Shown here: piece after piece, positions 1-9,760 of the stretch
Layout of the letters: each line of letters starts with the position of its first letter
How positions within the stretch are numbered: the stretch's first letter is position 1
DNA from: Microcoleus sp.
GTDB lineage: Bacteria > Cyanobacteriota > Cyanobacteriia > Cyanobacteriales > Microcoleaceae
Direction of reading: 5' to 3'
Length of the DNA stretch: 64,000 nucleotides
Assembly: GCA_052279835.1 (NCBI GenBank)
Contig: CP181291.1
Coordinates: 512,001-576,000, forward strand
Notes under the pieces: model-generated
Told to the model about the DNA's origin: nothing
What the model saw: only the letters and a program-made list of their open reading frames with translations
Database searches by the model: none
Program-made: the position numbers and the translations under genes

Positions 1-180
1 CCCATTTTGACGTAAAGTTTTTAATTGCTTGAGGTTGGTCACTTCGGGCGGGTTTGTCCAGGGCCACCTTCCTGTACCATAGCCCGGAATTGCTACTGCC
101 CCAACCAGTACCAGTAAAAACATAATTACGATAATTTTAAATAACTGGTATCGCCTTAGTAGTTTGCGTGCTGAAATCAT
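1..180 (-). CDS. Cyanoexosortase B system-associated protein, N-terminal part (runs off the window start)
   Basis: ATG at 180-178; reads MISARKLLRRYQLFKIIVIMFLLVLVGAVAIPGYGTGRWPWTNPP (TM helix then PGY..G.WPW); starts 4 nt after the exosortase stop. Confidence 0.75.
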   Translation of the reverse strand, partial: MISARKLLRRYQLFKIIVIMFLLVLVGAVAIPGYGTGRWPWTNPPEVTNLKQLKTLRQNG

Positions 181-184
181 TTTT

Positions 185-1057
185 TTAATTGCCAGACTGG
201 CTTGGGAAATATTTTTCCATACCGTCGATCAGAAGTACCAATAAACCTAGTATACAAGCAGAATATAAATCTCCACCCCATCCGGCGTGTAGCCAAGTAA
301 ACAGTCCTACTTTTTCGGTGCCGTGAAAGTAAGTGAGTAAAGTATTGCGGAGGATATTTGAACTAATACTAATGATAGATGTACTCGCTAGAAATAAAAT
401 GCTTTTTTTGCAGGAATTCCCAACTCCTGTCCAGTCCAGCAGCATTAAGCTAACATACAGACTGGTAAACAGCATTTTTAGACCCGCACAGTGGGGTGCA
501 ACCTCTACAATGCGATCGTTGACATAGAGATAAACTTCTTCTACTCTGACATTAAGACCAGCTTTGATTAAAATTAAGCCGGATATTTCCGCAATTAAGT
601 GCTGCAAAGGTAAGGCGTAGGGTTCGATTAAGTAAGGAATGTGATTTGGCGAACCGAGCAATATAAAAAAAAGTGGTATTACCTGCAATTTCAAGCCTGG
701 GATTCCTTTTAAACACAAGCAAATACTCCCTAGCATTAGGGACAGAGATAAATTTACCAAATCGCTTAATCTACTCACATAAAAAAGGGTCGCTAGTAGC
801 AGTAAAACTAATCCTAAAGGATGGGGGGAGTTGGGTAACTTACGCCAGCTATTTAGATTGGTCCAAGCTATGTAAGCTGCGTAGGGTAAACCAATAATTC
901 CGTGGCTGAAGTATTCGTGTTCTATGCTGATGTTTTTGTTGAACCATCCGTCATACCAGTGTAATACCAGGGGAGCATACAGCAGCACTAGGAGTACCGT
1001 AATACCTTCTTCCAGGAGGTATCGCTTCAGGATGCGAATTGGGCGCTGGATTTGCAT
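185..1057 (-). CDS. crtB: Cyanoexosortase B (exosortase-family transpeptidase)
   Basis: Multi-TM protein with EHEYFSHG, catalytic VAPHCAGL, N..R and H..WGG motifs. Confidence 0.85.
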   Translation of the reverse strand: MQIQRPIRILKRYLLEEGITVLLVLLYAPLVLHWYDGWFNKNISIEHEYFSHGIIGLPYAAYIAWTNLNSWRKLPNSPHPLGLVLLLLATLFYVSRLSDLVNLSLSLMLGSICLCLKGIPGLKLQVIPLFFILLGSPNHIPYLIEPYALPLQHLIAEISGLILIKAGLNVRVEEVYLYVNDRIVEVAPHCAGLKMLFTSLYVSLMLLDWTGVGNSCKKSILFLASTSIISISSNILRNTLLTYFHGTEKVGLFTWLHAGWGGDLYSACILGLLVLLIDGMEKYFPSQSGN

Positions 1058-1176
1058 TATTTTAATTTTTTTGAGTTGGGATTCTTGAATTCAACAGTTT
1101 TTAATTTGACACTCAAAAAATTTGACAAGGGAATTTATACTGATTGATACTTCATCACTTTAACTTATGTTAACAA

Positions 1177-2316
1177 TTAGCTCTTAAAGGATGATGCGAT
1201 CGCCCCAACAACCTGCTCAATCTGAGTATTACTCACTCCGGGATACATTGGCAATGACAATATCTGTTGGCACAGGGTTTCTGTATGGGGAAAGTCCCCT
1301 GGATTGCCTAAGTTTTGGTAGGCTGGTTGCAAGTGACAAGGTACGGGATAGTGAATGCCTGTTTGAATGCCATTTTCGCCGAGTTTTGCTTGCAGGGTAT
1401 TGCGGTTAATGGAGCTTTTCTCAGTAACTTGAATCACATAGAGGTGATAAATGTGACCGCTGCTGCTGTGGTTGGCGATCGGTACAATGCCTTTGTGTTT
1501 GAGGGGCTCTAATAGGGTATTGTAGTATTGGGCCGCTAAAGTGCGTCCGCGATTCCATGTTTCTAAATACGGTAATTTAACGTTGAGTACGGCCGCTTGC
1601 AAATTGTCGAGGCGGCTATTAGTGCCGATTTCTGTGTGTAAATATTTGCTTGGTGCGCCGTAATTTCGTAAAGTTCGCATTTTTTGTGCTACTTCTCCAT
1701 CATTGGTAATTAACATTCCGCCATCCCCAAAAGAGCCAAGGTTTTTGCTAGGATAAAAGCTGAATGCTGCTGCTTTGCCACAGGAACCTGCACGGTATCC
1801 TTCTCTGGAAGCTAGATGGGCTTGGGCCGCATCTTCAAAGATGATTAAATTGTAGCTTTTGGCAAAGTCTAGCAGTTGTGTAGGCGACACCATTTGGCCG
1901 TATAAATGCACCGGAATAATTGCTTTGGTTTTTGAGGTAATAGCTCTGGCGGCTGCTGTGAGGTCAATCAGGGCGGTTTCTGGGTCACAATCTACGAGAA
2001 TAGGTGTAGCCTTGGCTTGAATCACGCCAATTACGGTAGCGATAAAGGTGTTGGCGGGGATAATAATCTCGTCCCCTGGATGGATGCCACAAGCTTGCAG
2101 TCCGAGGGCGATCGCATCTGTTCCACAAGCTACTCCTATACCATATTTTACACCACAAGCTGTGGCAAAGGCTGTTTCAAATTCTGCCAGTGCTTGACCT
2201 AAAATAAAGTCGCCTTGAGCGATGATTTCGGAAATTACTTGTTGTATTTGGGATTGAATTGGTTCGTGTTGCAGGGAGAGGTTGACTAGGGGAATTTTGG
2301 GCTGGCGAATACTCAT
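1177..2316 (-). CDS. DegT/DnrJ/EryC1/StrS family PLP-dependent sugar aminotransferase
   Basis: GTDAI, PVHLYG, EDAAQAH and SFYPSKNLG motifs. Confidence 0.95.
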   Translation of the reverse strand: MSIRQPKIPLVNLSLQHEPIQSQIQQVISEIIAQGDFILGQALAEFETAFATACGVKYGIGVACGTDAIALGLQACGIHPGDEIIIPANTFIATVIGVIQAKATPILVDCDPETALIDLTAAARAITSKTKAIIPVHLYGQMVSPTQLLDFAKSYNLIIFEDAAQAHLASREGYRAGSCGKAAAFSFYPSKNLGSFGDGGMLITNDGEVAQKMRTLRNYGAPSKYLHTEIGTNSRLDNLQAAVLNVKLPYLETWNRGRTLAAQYYNTLLEPLKHKGIVPIANHSSSGHIYHLYVIQVTEKSSINRNTLQAKLGENGIQTGIHYPVPCHLQPAYQNLGNPGDFPHTETLCQQILSLPMYPGVSNTQIEQVVGAIASSFKS

Positions 2317-2513
2317 ACATCTGAGGGATACGAATTATTTATATTAACATTGAAGTGCGGATATTTTTGAATTTATTTTAACCGCAGAGGGCGCAGAGAG
2401 CGCAGAGGAAAAGAGGAAGAGAGGAGAATAGCGATCGCGTTTTTCGTGAATTGTCAACGAGGTCATAATCTTCCGCTAAAATAGAATCAGATAATTTTTA
2501 CGAAATCAAACTC

Positions 2514-3551
2514 ATGGAATACAAGCAACTCGGCGATAGCGATTTATTAGTGTCTGAAATCTGTTTGGGTACGATGACTTATGGTCAGCAAAATACTGTG
2601 GAGGAAGCTGCTCAACAACTCGATTTTGCCACAGACAGAGGTGTCAATTTTATTGATACAGCAGAAATGTATCCTGTGCCAGCTAAGCCAGAAACTCAGG
2701 GGAAAACTGAGGAATATATCGGTGCATGGTTGGTGAAGCAGCAGCGGGATAAAGTCATTTTAGCTACTAAAATAGCTGGGCGCAGTTCTCGATTAAAGTG
2801 GATTCGGGAAGGGAAAAATCAGATCGATCGCCAAAATGTCGAAACAGCACTGAATGACAGCCTGAAACGCCTGCAAACTGACTATATCGACCTCTATCAG
2901 ATCCACTGGCCCGATCGCTATGTGCCACTATTTGGCGCGCCGGATTACGACATCGCCCAAGAACACGAAACCATACCAATTCTGGAACAGTTAGAGGTGT
3001 TTGCTGACTTAATTAAAGCTGGCAAAATCCGCTATTTGGGTTTGAGTAATGAGACTCCTTGGGGAGTTTGCGAGTTTTGCAATTTGGCCGAAAAACATGG
3101 CTTGCCGAAAGTGGTTTCTATTCAGAATGCTTTTAGTTTGAGCAATCGGACGTTTCACATGAATTTAGCCGAAACTTGCCGTTTTAAGCAGGTGGGATTG
3201 ATGGCTTATAGTCCTTTGGGTTTTGGGCTATTGACTGGTAAATATTTGCAGGGAATTCCTGAAAATTCGCGACTGGCTTTGTTCGCTGGTTTCGGTCAGC
3301 GTTATGATAAAACTAATCTGAATGATGCGGTAAAAGCGTATGTTGAGATTGCTGCTAAATACAATTTAAGTCCGGCACAAATGGCTTTGGCTTATGTGCG
3401 ATCGCGCTGGTTTGTGACGAGCACGATTATTGGTGCAACTAACCTCGAACAGTTGGAGGAAAATCTTAATAGTTTGGAGGTGAATTTGGATCGGGAGATT
3501 ATAGCAGAAATTAATGCGGTGCACGCTAAGTATCCGAATCCGACACCGTAG
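2514..3551 (+). CDS. NADP(H)-dependent aldo/keto reductase (Tas-like)
   Basis: LGTMTYG, IDTAEMY, DLYQIHWP, GLSNETPWG and YSPLG motifs. Confidence 0.93.
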   Translation: MEYKQLGDSDLLVSEICLGTMTYGQQNTVEEAAQQLDFATDRGVNFIDTAEMYPVPAKPETQGKTEEYIGAWLVKQQRDKVILATKIAGRSSRLKWIREGKNQIDRQNVETALNDSLKRLQTDYIDLYQIHWPDRYVPLFGAPDYDIAQEHETIPILEQLEVFADLIKAGKIRYLGLSNETPWGVCEFCNLAEKHGLPKVVSIQNAFSLSNRTFHMNLAETCRFKQVGLMAYSPLGFGLLTGKYLQGIPENSRLALFAGFGQRYDKTNLNDAVKAYVEIAAKYNLSPAQMALAYVRSRWFVTSTIIGATNLEQLEENLNSLEVNLDREIIAEINAVHAKYPNPTP

Positions 3552-3562
3552 GTTGGTTCGTT

Positions 3563-3620
3563 GTTCAATCGGCGGTTGAAACCGCTTCTACACAAACAAT
3601 GTCCGCGCAACGCGAGACTA
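3563..3620. repeat. Short dispersed repeat (CGGCGGTTGAAACCGC family)
   Basis: CGGCGGTTGAAACCGCTTCTACAC; a reverse-complement copy lies at about 6186-6235. Confidence 0.7.
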
Positions 3621-3754
3621 AGAGTTTGAGGGAGGATTTAACCGGGATTTGCTATTATTAGGTTGGGTTGAGGTGACGAACATTAGGTTTTACTTCGCCC
3701 AACTTACCACTTTTTTAATATTATGTATGTTGTAGTAATCCCAAAAATACCGAA

Positions 3755-4198
3755 GTGGCAGAAATTATAGAACAGGATATAATAAATTCAAGCGTAGAAG
3801 TTGGCAGTGGGTGTGAATGGACAGGTAAAGGAGTAGAACCCCAGTGGAACAATCCTAAATCAACGAAAGCTTACGACCATATTGCTCGCCATCACGGCCC
3901 CAAACTTAAACCCCATGAACTTATGGGAAGAGCGACAAGTTCCAACAAGGATCAAGGACAGTGGTTAAATCCTAATGATTGGGTAAATGCCGAACAATTG
4001 ATACCCAAGTATTCCGGTAAATATATCATTGATTTTCAACGTCCCATTGGTAGAGTTTATCATCCAGATGGAGCGATAACCGAAAGTGTCACTTGCGCCA
4101 AAATAAAAAGAAATCCTGATGGTACGCTGAAGTATGGTTATCCTGTCGTAAACAATTCAAATTTTTCACTATCAAATAGGAGTATCAGCCATGAATAA
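3755..4198 (+). CDS. Putative stand-alone RNase toxin domain (CdiA-CT RNase A-like / polymorphic toxin tip)
   Basis: DHIARHHG resembles the GHTIxRHVG motif; C-terminal YGYPV; overlaps the downstream small gene. Confidence 0.55.
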   Translation: MAEIIEQDIINSSVEVGSGCEWTGKGVEPQWNNPKSTKAYDHIARHHGPKLKPHELMGRATSSNKDQGQWLNPNDWVNAEQLIPKYSGKYIIDFQRPIGRVYHPDGAITESVTCAKIKRNPDGTLKYGYPVVNNSNFSLSNRSISHE

Positions 4199-4715
4199 CA
4201 CTCAAAAATTTAATTTTAAATTAGGAGAACGTTTCTTAGAAAATTACGCCGCTCCTCCCGAAGATCCATTGGGAGAACTTAGTCATTTTGAAATGGCGCT
4301 CAGGCGCTTCTGTTTTGAATGCGATCGTAAAGTATCAATAGAAATTGGTGATGAAAAAATACAGGTATTTTTCGATCCTGATATCTGTATGATTTTGGAC
4401 GATAATCTGCCGGAACAAATTAGGAAACTGTCACAAGGTAAGCCAATAGAAATAGATTTTGCGGAAAGTTGTACGCTAACTATCAAGTTAGTATCCACAG
4501 ACGATCGCATTAACTGTACTTTGACCAAGTTTGGAACTTTGGGCTGGGAAAAGGTATTTGAGTTCGATCGCGCTCAAGTATTAAATACACTCAGAGGTTT
4601 TCTTCACGAAGTGATGCAGCTAGCTGTAGATGAGGGTTACATCACGTTGGAAGAGAAGGAGGAGTTTATTAGTCCGGCTTTTGCTAGTACGGATGCTGCG
4701 GTGTTAAGCAAGTAG
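4191..4715 (+). CDS. Hypothetical protein, probable immunity protein
   Basis: Acidic 174-aa ORF with AGGAG RBS and an 8-nt overlap with the toxin-like gene. Confidence 0.55.
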   Translation: MNNTQKFNFKLGERFLENYAAPPEDPLGELSHFEMALRRFCFECDRKVSIEIGDEKIQVFFDPDICMILDDNLPEQIRKLSQGKPIEIDFAESCTLTIKLVSTDDRINCTLTKFGTLGWEKVFEFDRAQVLNTLRGFLHEVMQLAVDEGYITLEEKEEFISPAFASTDAAVLSK

Positions 4716-4734
4716 TTGGTTTTGGTGGTGTTTT

Positions 4735-4753
4735 GGGCGATCGCCCTTTTTTT
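4735..4753 (+). terminator. Possible terminator: extended HIP1 palindrome followed by a T-run
   Basis: GGGCGATCGCCC then TTTTTTT, shortly after the 4715 stop. Confidence 0.35.
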
Positions 4754-4800
4754 ATATTTCTGAAACCCTTGCCCTATCTGCCCGCAATCAATTCACTCAG

Positions 4801-4837
4801 GTTTCAATTCTTAATAGAGATTTAGGTTAATTGTGGC
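4801..4837 (-). CRISPR. Solitary degenerate CRISPR-like repeat (37 nt); no array
   Basis: Minus strand reads GCCACAATTAACCTAAATCTCTATTAAGAATTGAAAC, resembling the cyanobacterial ATTGCAATT...AATCCCTATTAGGGATTGAAAC repeat family with an intact ATTGAAAC handle. Confidence 0.6.
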
Positions 4838-5002
4838 ATCCATTTTACCCATAGCCCGGTATACCGCGCTATTCAAGCCTATTAGATTAAAGCGGCATCG
4901 GATGTCGGCAAATTGAGGTTGAGTTGGCATCCACTTTACCCATAATGCGGTAGACTGCGTTATTCAAGCGTATTAGATTAAAGCGACATCGGAGGCAGAC
5001 AA
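4823..5002. repeat. Two diverged tandem copies of a ~91-bp unit
   Basis: GGCATCCA..TTACCCATA...TATTCAAGC.TATTAGATTAAAGCG.CATCGGA starts at 4835 and again at 4926. Confidence 0.85.
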
Positions 5003-5053
5003 TCGGATGTTTAAATCTCCGTAATAAAGAAAACAAACGGTCTTATTGCTCGC

Positions 5054-5082
5054 TTGACAATTCAATTTTTTAGTGTTAAATT
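5054..5082 (+). promoter_or_regulatory. Sigma70-type promoter
   Basis: TTGACA (5054), 17-nt spacer, TGn-extended TAAATT (5077-5082). Confidence 0.55.
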
Positions 5083-5302
5083 ATTAAAAAACAAGCTCAA
5101 ACAAAACTTCCTCACATTCCCAAGTGTAAGAAAGACAACGCTTGAATGTCTTGTAGTTTTTGCAATAGCAAATCATATCTGACACGGAAAAGGCCCGCCT
5201 GAAGTAACGATTCAGACAGAGGCCTTGCTTTAGCTAGCAAACTCACGGTGGTTTGACATCTCAACTTCAGACCACCACAAGTTAACGTAACTATGGAAAT
5301 AT

Positions 5303-5674
5303 ATGTCCCACAATTATACTTCACAATGCGAGTCGTTGTACACCAACCTTCGGCGGACTCAGAAAACCCTCTCTGTTTTGGCGGAATCGAACCGCGCTTT
5401 GGCGAAGTCGTACTGCGCTTTGGCGAAGTCAAACCGCGCTTTGGCGAAGTCAAACCGCGCTTTGGCGGAGTGGAACCGCAGTCTTCTTGAGGAAAACGAA
5501 GCAAAGGATAAAACTATCAAAGCTAAGGATAAAACTATCCAATCCTTTGAGGAAAAATTCCTAGAACAGCAACAAGAAATAGATGACTTGAGGCGCGAAC
5601 GTGATTGGCAGCCAAATGACTGGGATAACGATGGTTCATCAAATGCAGATTGTCACGATCGCGAATCAGCCTAA
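5303..5674 (+). CDS. Hypothetical coiled-coil protein with heptad repeats
   Basis: LAKSNRA heptads encoded by 21-bp tandem repeats, plus AKDKTI twice. Confidence 0.55.
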   Translation: MSHNYTSQCESLYTNLRRTQKTLSVLAESNRALAKSYCALAKSNRALAKSNRALAEWNRSLLEENEAKDKTIKAKDKTIQSFEEKFLEQQQEIDDLRRERDWQPNDWDNDGSSNADCHDRESA

Positions 5675-5828
5675 AGGCTAGGAATCTGGTAAAAAGTACG
5701 ATCGCCCTTTCCATCCAAAAAATAGGACAATGGTAAAGGGCGATCGCCCTTCACCTAAATGCTTAATTCGATCGCACTTTTTGCTGTTTTTCCTGCAAAA
5801 ACTCGGCAAACTCGCAGACTTCAGCCCA

Positions 5829-5893
5829 AAGAAACCGGGTTTTTAGCGAATTTACTCGCCACAACGAAGTATTTTCGCAAAAACCCGGTTTCT
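5829..5893. repeat. Inverted-repeat miniature element (AGAAACCGGGTTTTT...AAAAACCCGGTTTCT)
   Basis: 15-bp perfect terminal inverted repeats. Confidence 0.8.
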
Positions 5894-5904
5894 GAGCCCA
5901 TGCG

Positions 5905-6171
5905 TCAGTTGTATAATCGCAACTGATGCGGATAAACTGTTTCAACACCAATCGTTTCCATAAATGCCCCCGGTTCATCCTGAGTTGCAGGAACAAAATC
6001 TCCGCCAACTTCCGCTTTCACCCATCCGCCAAATAATTCTACTAAATACGCTTCACCATTCTTGAAAACCTCAACAATTACCCCTGCTGTTTCTGGCGGT
6101 GCAATCTCGCCATCAGCGAGGGCGACTGCTTCGATTAAATTAACTGCATCGAATAATTGAAATTTGCTCAT
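5905..6171 (-). CDS. DUF4926-like small protein
   Basis: Likely start at MSKFQLFDAV; G.IVEV....AYLVE pattern. The longer ORF-track start runs through a repeat element. Confidence 0.7.
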   Translation of the reverse strand: MSKFQLFDAVNLIEAVALADGEIAPPETAGVIVEVFKNGEAYLVELFGGWVKAEVGGDFVPATQDEPGAFMETIGVETVYPHQLRLYN

Positions 6172-6185
6172 TACTATCCATTCTT

Positions 6186-6236
6186 CAACCCGCGCAGGCG
6201 GGTTTTGTTCGTGTAGACGCGGTTTCAACCGCCGGG
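6186..6236. repeat. Short dispersed repeat (CCCGCGCAGGCGGG...GCGGTTTCAACCGCCG)
   Basis: Two small hairpins; same family as 3563-3620. Confidence 0.7.
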
Positions 6237-6275
6237 TTTAATGCTAACTTGATTCGATCGCGCTACCTTACCTCT

Positions 6276-6638
6276 TTAAATAGGAAGTTGCCGTACTCGA
6301 TAACGATTATCTTCCACTGTCACAATCGCACCTGTTTCCAAATCTTCGCCACACTCTGACAAAACAGCCAGCAATCTAGCACTAACAAAAGCTGGAATAG
6401 TATTTTGAAGTCTAAAGATAATCACACTGGGAAGAGATTCAGAACTAATAGCCAAAAGCTCGCCAAAATCCAGGTCAAAAGTTAAAACAATTCGTTGCTC
6501 TTGGCGTGCTTTTTCCACGATCTCAGAATCGGGCAAACGCTCCAATCCTTGCTCGTTTAAGTGTACAGCATTATATCCCTGCTCGCGCAGTGCAAGCACC
6601 GTTACAGGAGACACACCCATGTCTGCCAAAAATTTCAT
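6276..6638 (-). CDS. DUF5615 PIN-like toxin (VapC45-like)
   Basis: MKFLADM, D.EI...A....RIVLTFDLDFG and a C-terminal RVR.LP. Confidence 0.85.
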   Translation of the reverse strand: MKFLADMGVSPVTVLALREQGYNAVHLNEQGLERLPDSEIVEKARQEQRIVLTFDLDFGELLAISSESLPSVIIFRLQNTIPAFVSARLLAVLSECGEDLETGAIVTVEDNRYRVRQLPI

Positions 6639-6868
6639 GCTGGACTCCCGCTAAATGGACGAATTTGCTCGTTCGTCAAAAATGCCGCATACTGGAGACT
6701 AGCTTTAATATCCTCAGCTTCCAAATAAGGATAAGCCGCCAAAATTTCCGCTACACTCATCCCATTTGCTACTAAACTCACTACCAAAGAAACAGTAATT
6801 CGCATTCCTCGAATGCAAGCTCTTCCTCCCATAATTGTTGGATCGAAGGTAATGCGATCGAACATCAT
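6635..6868 (-). CDS. DUF433 antitoxin
   Basis: RITFDPTIMGGRACIRGMRITV...YPYLEAEDI; GGAGG RBS; ATGA overlap with the toxin gene. Confidence 0.9.
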   Translation of the reverse strand: MMFDRITFDPTIMGGRACIRGMRITVSLVVSLVANGMSVAEILAAYPYLEAEDIKASLQYAAFLTNEQIRPFSGSPA

Positions 6869-6946
6869 ATCCTCCCATTCTTCCTTAACAAACATCTGCC
6901 CTAATTCTTGTGGAGCAGGCCGGAAAGCCTGCTCAAGACTCTGCAT

Positions 6947-8959
6947 TTAATGTCCCAATAACTTATCCCGCAAATGCTTAATGCGATCGCGCAATTTACC
7001 AGCCTCCTCAAACTCCAATTTCTTCGCCGCCTCCTTCATCTGCGTTTCCAACCGCTTAATCAAATCAGGAATCTCATCCAAAGATAACTCGTTTGCGCGT
7101 TCGTAAACCTCCTCCAACTGCTGAGAATTCAGCTTCCGCGATACGTCCAAAAACGCCAAAATCGCATTACTCGATCGCTTTTTCGCGATCGGCTGTGGCG
7201 TAATCCCGTGCATCTTATTATACGCCAACTGGATGCCCCGACGGCGCTCGGTTTCATCGATCGCCTTAACCATACTATCCGTCAAATTATCCGCGTACAA
7301 AATAGCCTGTCCCTGAATGTGGCGCGCCGCCCGCCCAATAGTTTGAATCAAAGAACGTCCCGATCGCAAAAACCCCTCCTTATCCGCATCCAAAATTACA
7401 ACTAGAGACACCTCCGGTAAATCCAAACCCTCCCGCAACAAGTTCACCCCAATCAAAACATCAAACTTACCATCCTGCAAATCTTGGATAATTTCAATCC
7501 GTTCGATCGACTGAATTTCCGAGTGCAAATACCGGACTTTAATCGCCCTTTCCTGTAAATATTCCGTTAAATCCTCCGCCATCCGCTTCGTTAAAGTTGT
7601 CACCAAAACCCGCTCGTTCCGACTAACTCTTTCTTTGATTTCACCCAACAAGTCGTCAATTTGACCCTCCGTCGGACGTACAAATATCGTCGGATCGATT
7701 ACTCCTGTCGGTCGGATCACCTGTTCGGCAACTCTGCTTTCTGAAATTTCAATTTCCCAATCTCCCGGCGTTGCCGACACAAAAATGCACTGATTAGCTT
7801 TTTGCCAAAATTCCTCTGCTTTCAAAGGGCGATTATCGGCCGCACTAGGCAAGCGAAAACCGTGTTCGATCAATATTTTTTTGCGCGCTTGGTCGCCGTT
7901 ATACATTCCTCGAATTTGCGGCACTGTGACGTGGGATTCATCTATGACTAACATCCAATCTTTGGGAAAATAATCAATCAAACATTCCGGCGGTTCCCCG
8001 GCATTTCTGCCTGCTAAATGCCGCGAGTAATTTTCAACTCCGTTGCAGTAACCTACTTCTCGCAACATTTCCAAATCGTAGCGGGTGCGCTGTTCTATCC
8101 GCTGAGCTTCTAATAGTTTACCGTCTTTTTCCAATGCTACCAGCCTGTCTTCCAATTCAAGTTCTATGCCTTGACAAGCAGCCTCTAATTTATCTTCTGC
8201 CGTGACAAAGTGGCGGGCTGGATAAATGTTTAAAGCTTCTACTTGTTGAATTGTTTTACCTGTCACTGGGTCAACGTAGCGGATGGCATCGATTTCGTCC
8301 CCGAAAAATTCAACGCGAATAATTCTATCTTCATAGGCGGGGCCAATTTCTAACACATCGCCTTTGACGCGAAATTTGCCTCTACCTAAATCTATGTCAT
8401 TGCGGCTGTATTGGACGTTGACTAAATCTCGCAAAACTTGCCGCTGATTGATTTCCATTCCTACTCGCAAAGGGATAGCAGCTTTCAGGTATTCGGCGGG
8501 CATTCCTAAACCGTAGATGCAGCTAATGGATGCTACGACTATGACATCGCGGCGTTCAAAGAGCGATCGCGTGGCTGAGTGCCGCAGCATATCGATCTCG
8601 TCGTTAATTGCTGCGGTTTTTTCAATGTAAGTATCGCTGACGGCGATGTAGGCTTCTGGTTGATAATAGTCGTAATAACTGACAAAATATTCGACGGCAT
8701 TGTTGGGGAAAAAATTACGCAGTTCGTTGCAAAGTTGAGCCGCCAGGGTTTTGTTGTGGGCGAGCACTAAGGTGGGCTTGCCGATCTTTTCTATCACGGC
8801 TGCAATGGAAAAGGTTTTGCCCGTACCTGTGGCTCCGAGTAAGGTTTGAAATCGATCGCCTGCTTGAATGGTGTGGACGAGTTGGGCGATCGCTTGCGGT
8901 TGGTCGCCCGTAGGCTCAAAGGGCGCTTGTAATTCAAAAGATGCTGCCGCAGTTACCAT
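6947..8959 (-). CDS. uvrB: Excinuclease ABC subunit B
   Basis: [32 protein letters not shown] motif and C-terminal UVR coiled coil. Confidence 0.98.
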   Translation of the reverse strand: MVTAAASFELQAPFEPTGDQPQAIAQLVHTIQAGDRFQTLLGATGTGKTFSIAAVIEKIGKPTLVLAHNKTLAAQLCNELRNFFPNNAVEYFVSYYDYYQPEAYIAVSDTYIEKTAAINDEIDMLRHSATRSLFERRDVIVVASISCIYGLGMPAEYLKAAIPLRVGMEINQRQVLRDLVNVQYSRNDIDLGRGKFRVKGDVLEIGPAYEDRIIRVEFFGDEIDAIRYVDPVTGKTIQQVEALNIYPARHFVTAEDKLEAACQGIELELEDRLVALEKDGKLLEAQRIEQRTRYDLEMLREVGYCNGVENYSRHLAGRNAGEPPECLIDYFPKDWMLVIDESHVTVPQIRGMYNGDQARKKILIEHGFRLPSAADNRPLKAEEFWQKANQCIFVSATPGDWEIEISESRVAEQVIRPTGVIDPTIFVRPTEGQIDDLLGEIKERVSRNERVLVTTLTKRMAEDLTEYLQERAIKVRYLHSEIQSIERIEIIQDLQDGKFDVLIGVNLLREGLDLPEVSLVVILDADKEGFLRSGRSLIQTIGRAARHIQGQAILYADNLTDSMVKAIDETERRRGIQLAYNKMHGITPQPIAKKRSSNAILAFLDVSRKLNSQQLEEVYERANELSLDEIPDLIKRLETQMKEAAKKLEFEEAGKLRDRIKHLRDKLLGH

Positions 8960-9158
8960 AGGAAAATGTAGCTATTACTAATAAATATTAACAAAAATGC
9001 AATTAATTTGCAATTTAGTTGAGAAACTTGTTAGGATTTATCATATTATTTTAATCATCCATCAAAAGAGAAAGCAGAAAGCTCAAAAATGTAGCTTTCT
9101 CAGTCCAGAGCTTTCCGAACCCAACAATCAAGGCCCAATAATCAAAAGGAAAAAAATT

Positions 9159-9632
9159 ATGAGTCTCAGCCCCAAAGGTAAAGGCAGTGCGATCGCCCGT
9201 CGTGGTAAAGCAGCTTCCAAGAGCGAAGCGACAGCAGCTAGCGAGCCCAAAGCAACAGGAATTCAACTCTATCTACCCCCTGCGTTGCCCAACCGCCCTG
9301 TGGGACCAAACGACTTTACCGTCAGCGAGACGCTCTCGATTTCGGGAAATCGCCCGATCGGCGTTAACACCCTACACATCAGCGAAACCTACGGCATAGT
9401 CGGCAACCGCCCGGTAGAAGCCAGTGACTTGGAAGTAGTCGCTACCTTGGGGAGACGCCCGATCGGCTCTAGCACGATGCAAGTCAGTGAAATGTTCAGT
9501 ATGTCCGGTGCGCGGCCTGTTGGTGTCAGCACTCTTCACATTGATGAAGTTTACTCCACAATGGGTGGAAATCGCCCCATTGCCTCCAATGACATTGACG
9601 ATAGCTCTACTTTAATGGGATTTTTAGATTAA
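9159..9632 (+). CDS. Hypothetical protein with about six NRP(I/V) repeats
   Basis: Likely start MSLSPKGKG after AAGGA; repeated GNRPIG/V units; ends MGFLD. Confidence 0.75.
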   Translation: MSLSPKGKGSAIARRGKAASKSEATAASEPKATGIQLYLPPALPNRPVGPNDFTVSETLSISGNRPIGVNTLHISETYGIVGNRPVEASDLEVVATLGRRPIGSSTMQVSEMFSMSGARPVGVSTLHIDEVYSTMGGNRPIASNDIDDSSTLMGFLD

Positions 9633-9644
9633 GTTGTCCTTCGT

Positions 9645-9760
9645 GGTTATGGGTTAGTTGTTATTAGTTAGTTGTGACAGACTATACACTTTAGGATTGC
9701 CTCAACCAAAACTACAGTATTAACTAACAAATAACTAATAACAAATAACCACTAACTAAT
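9645..9760. repeat. Heptamer (TAACTAA/TAACAAA-type) tandem repeats in inverted arrangement between convergent genes
   Basis: GTTAGTTGTTATTAGTTAG ... TAACTAACAAATAACTAATAAC. Confidence 0.6.

Noticed and set aside
3731..3738. TGTAGTAA upstream of the toxin-like gene (and TGTAGGAT at 15073) as further regulon boxes
   Set aside because: Single mismatched copies with no overlapping TATAAT; expected by chance
4823..5002. 91-bp tandem as a true CRISPR array
   Set aside because: The intervening sequences are copies of each other rather than unique spacers, and there is only one full repeat
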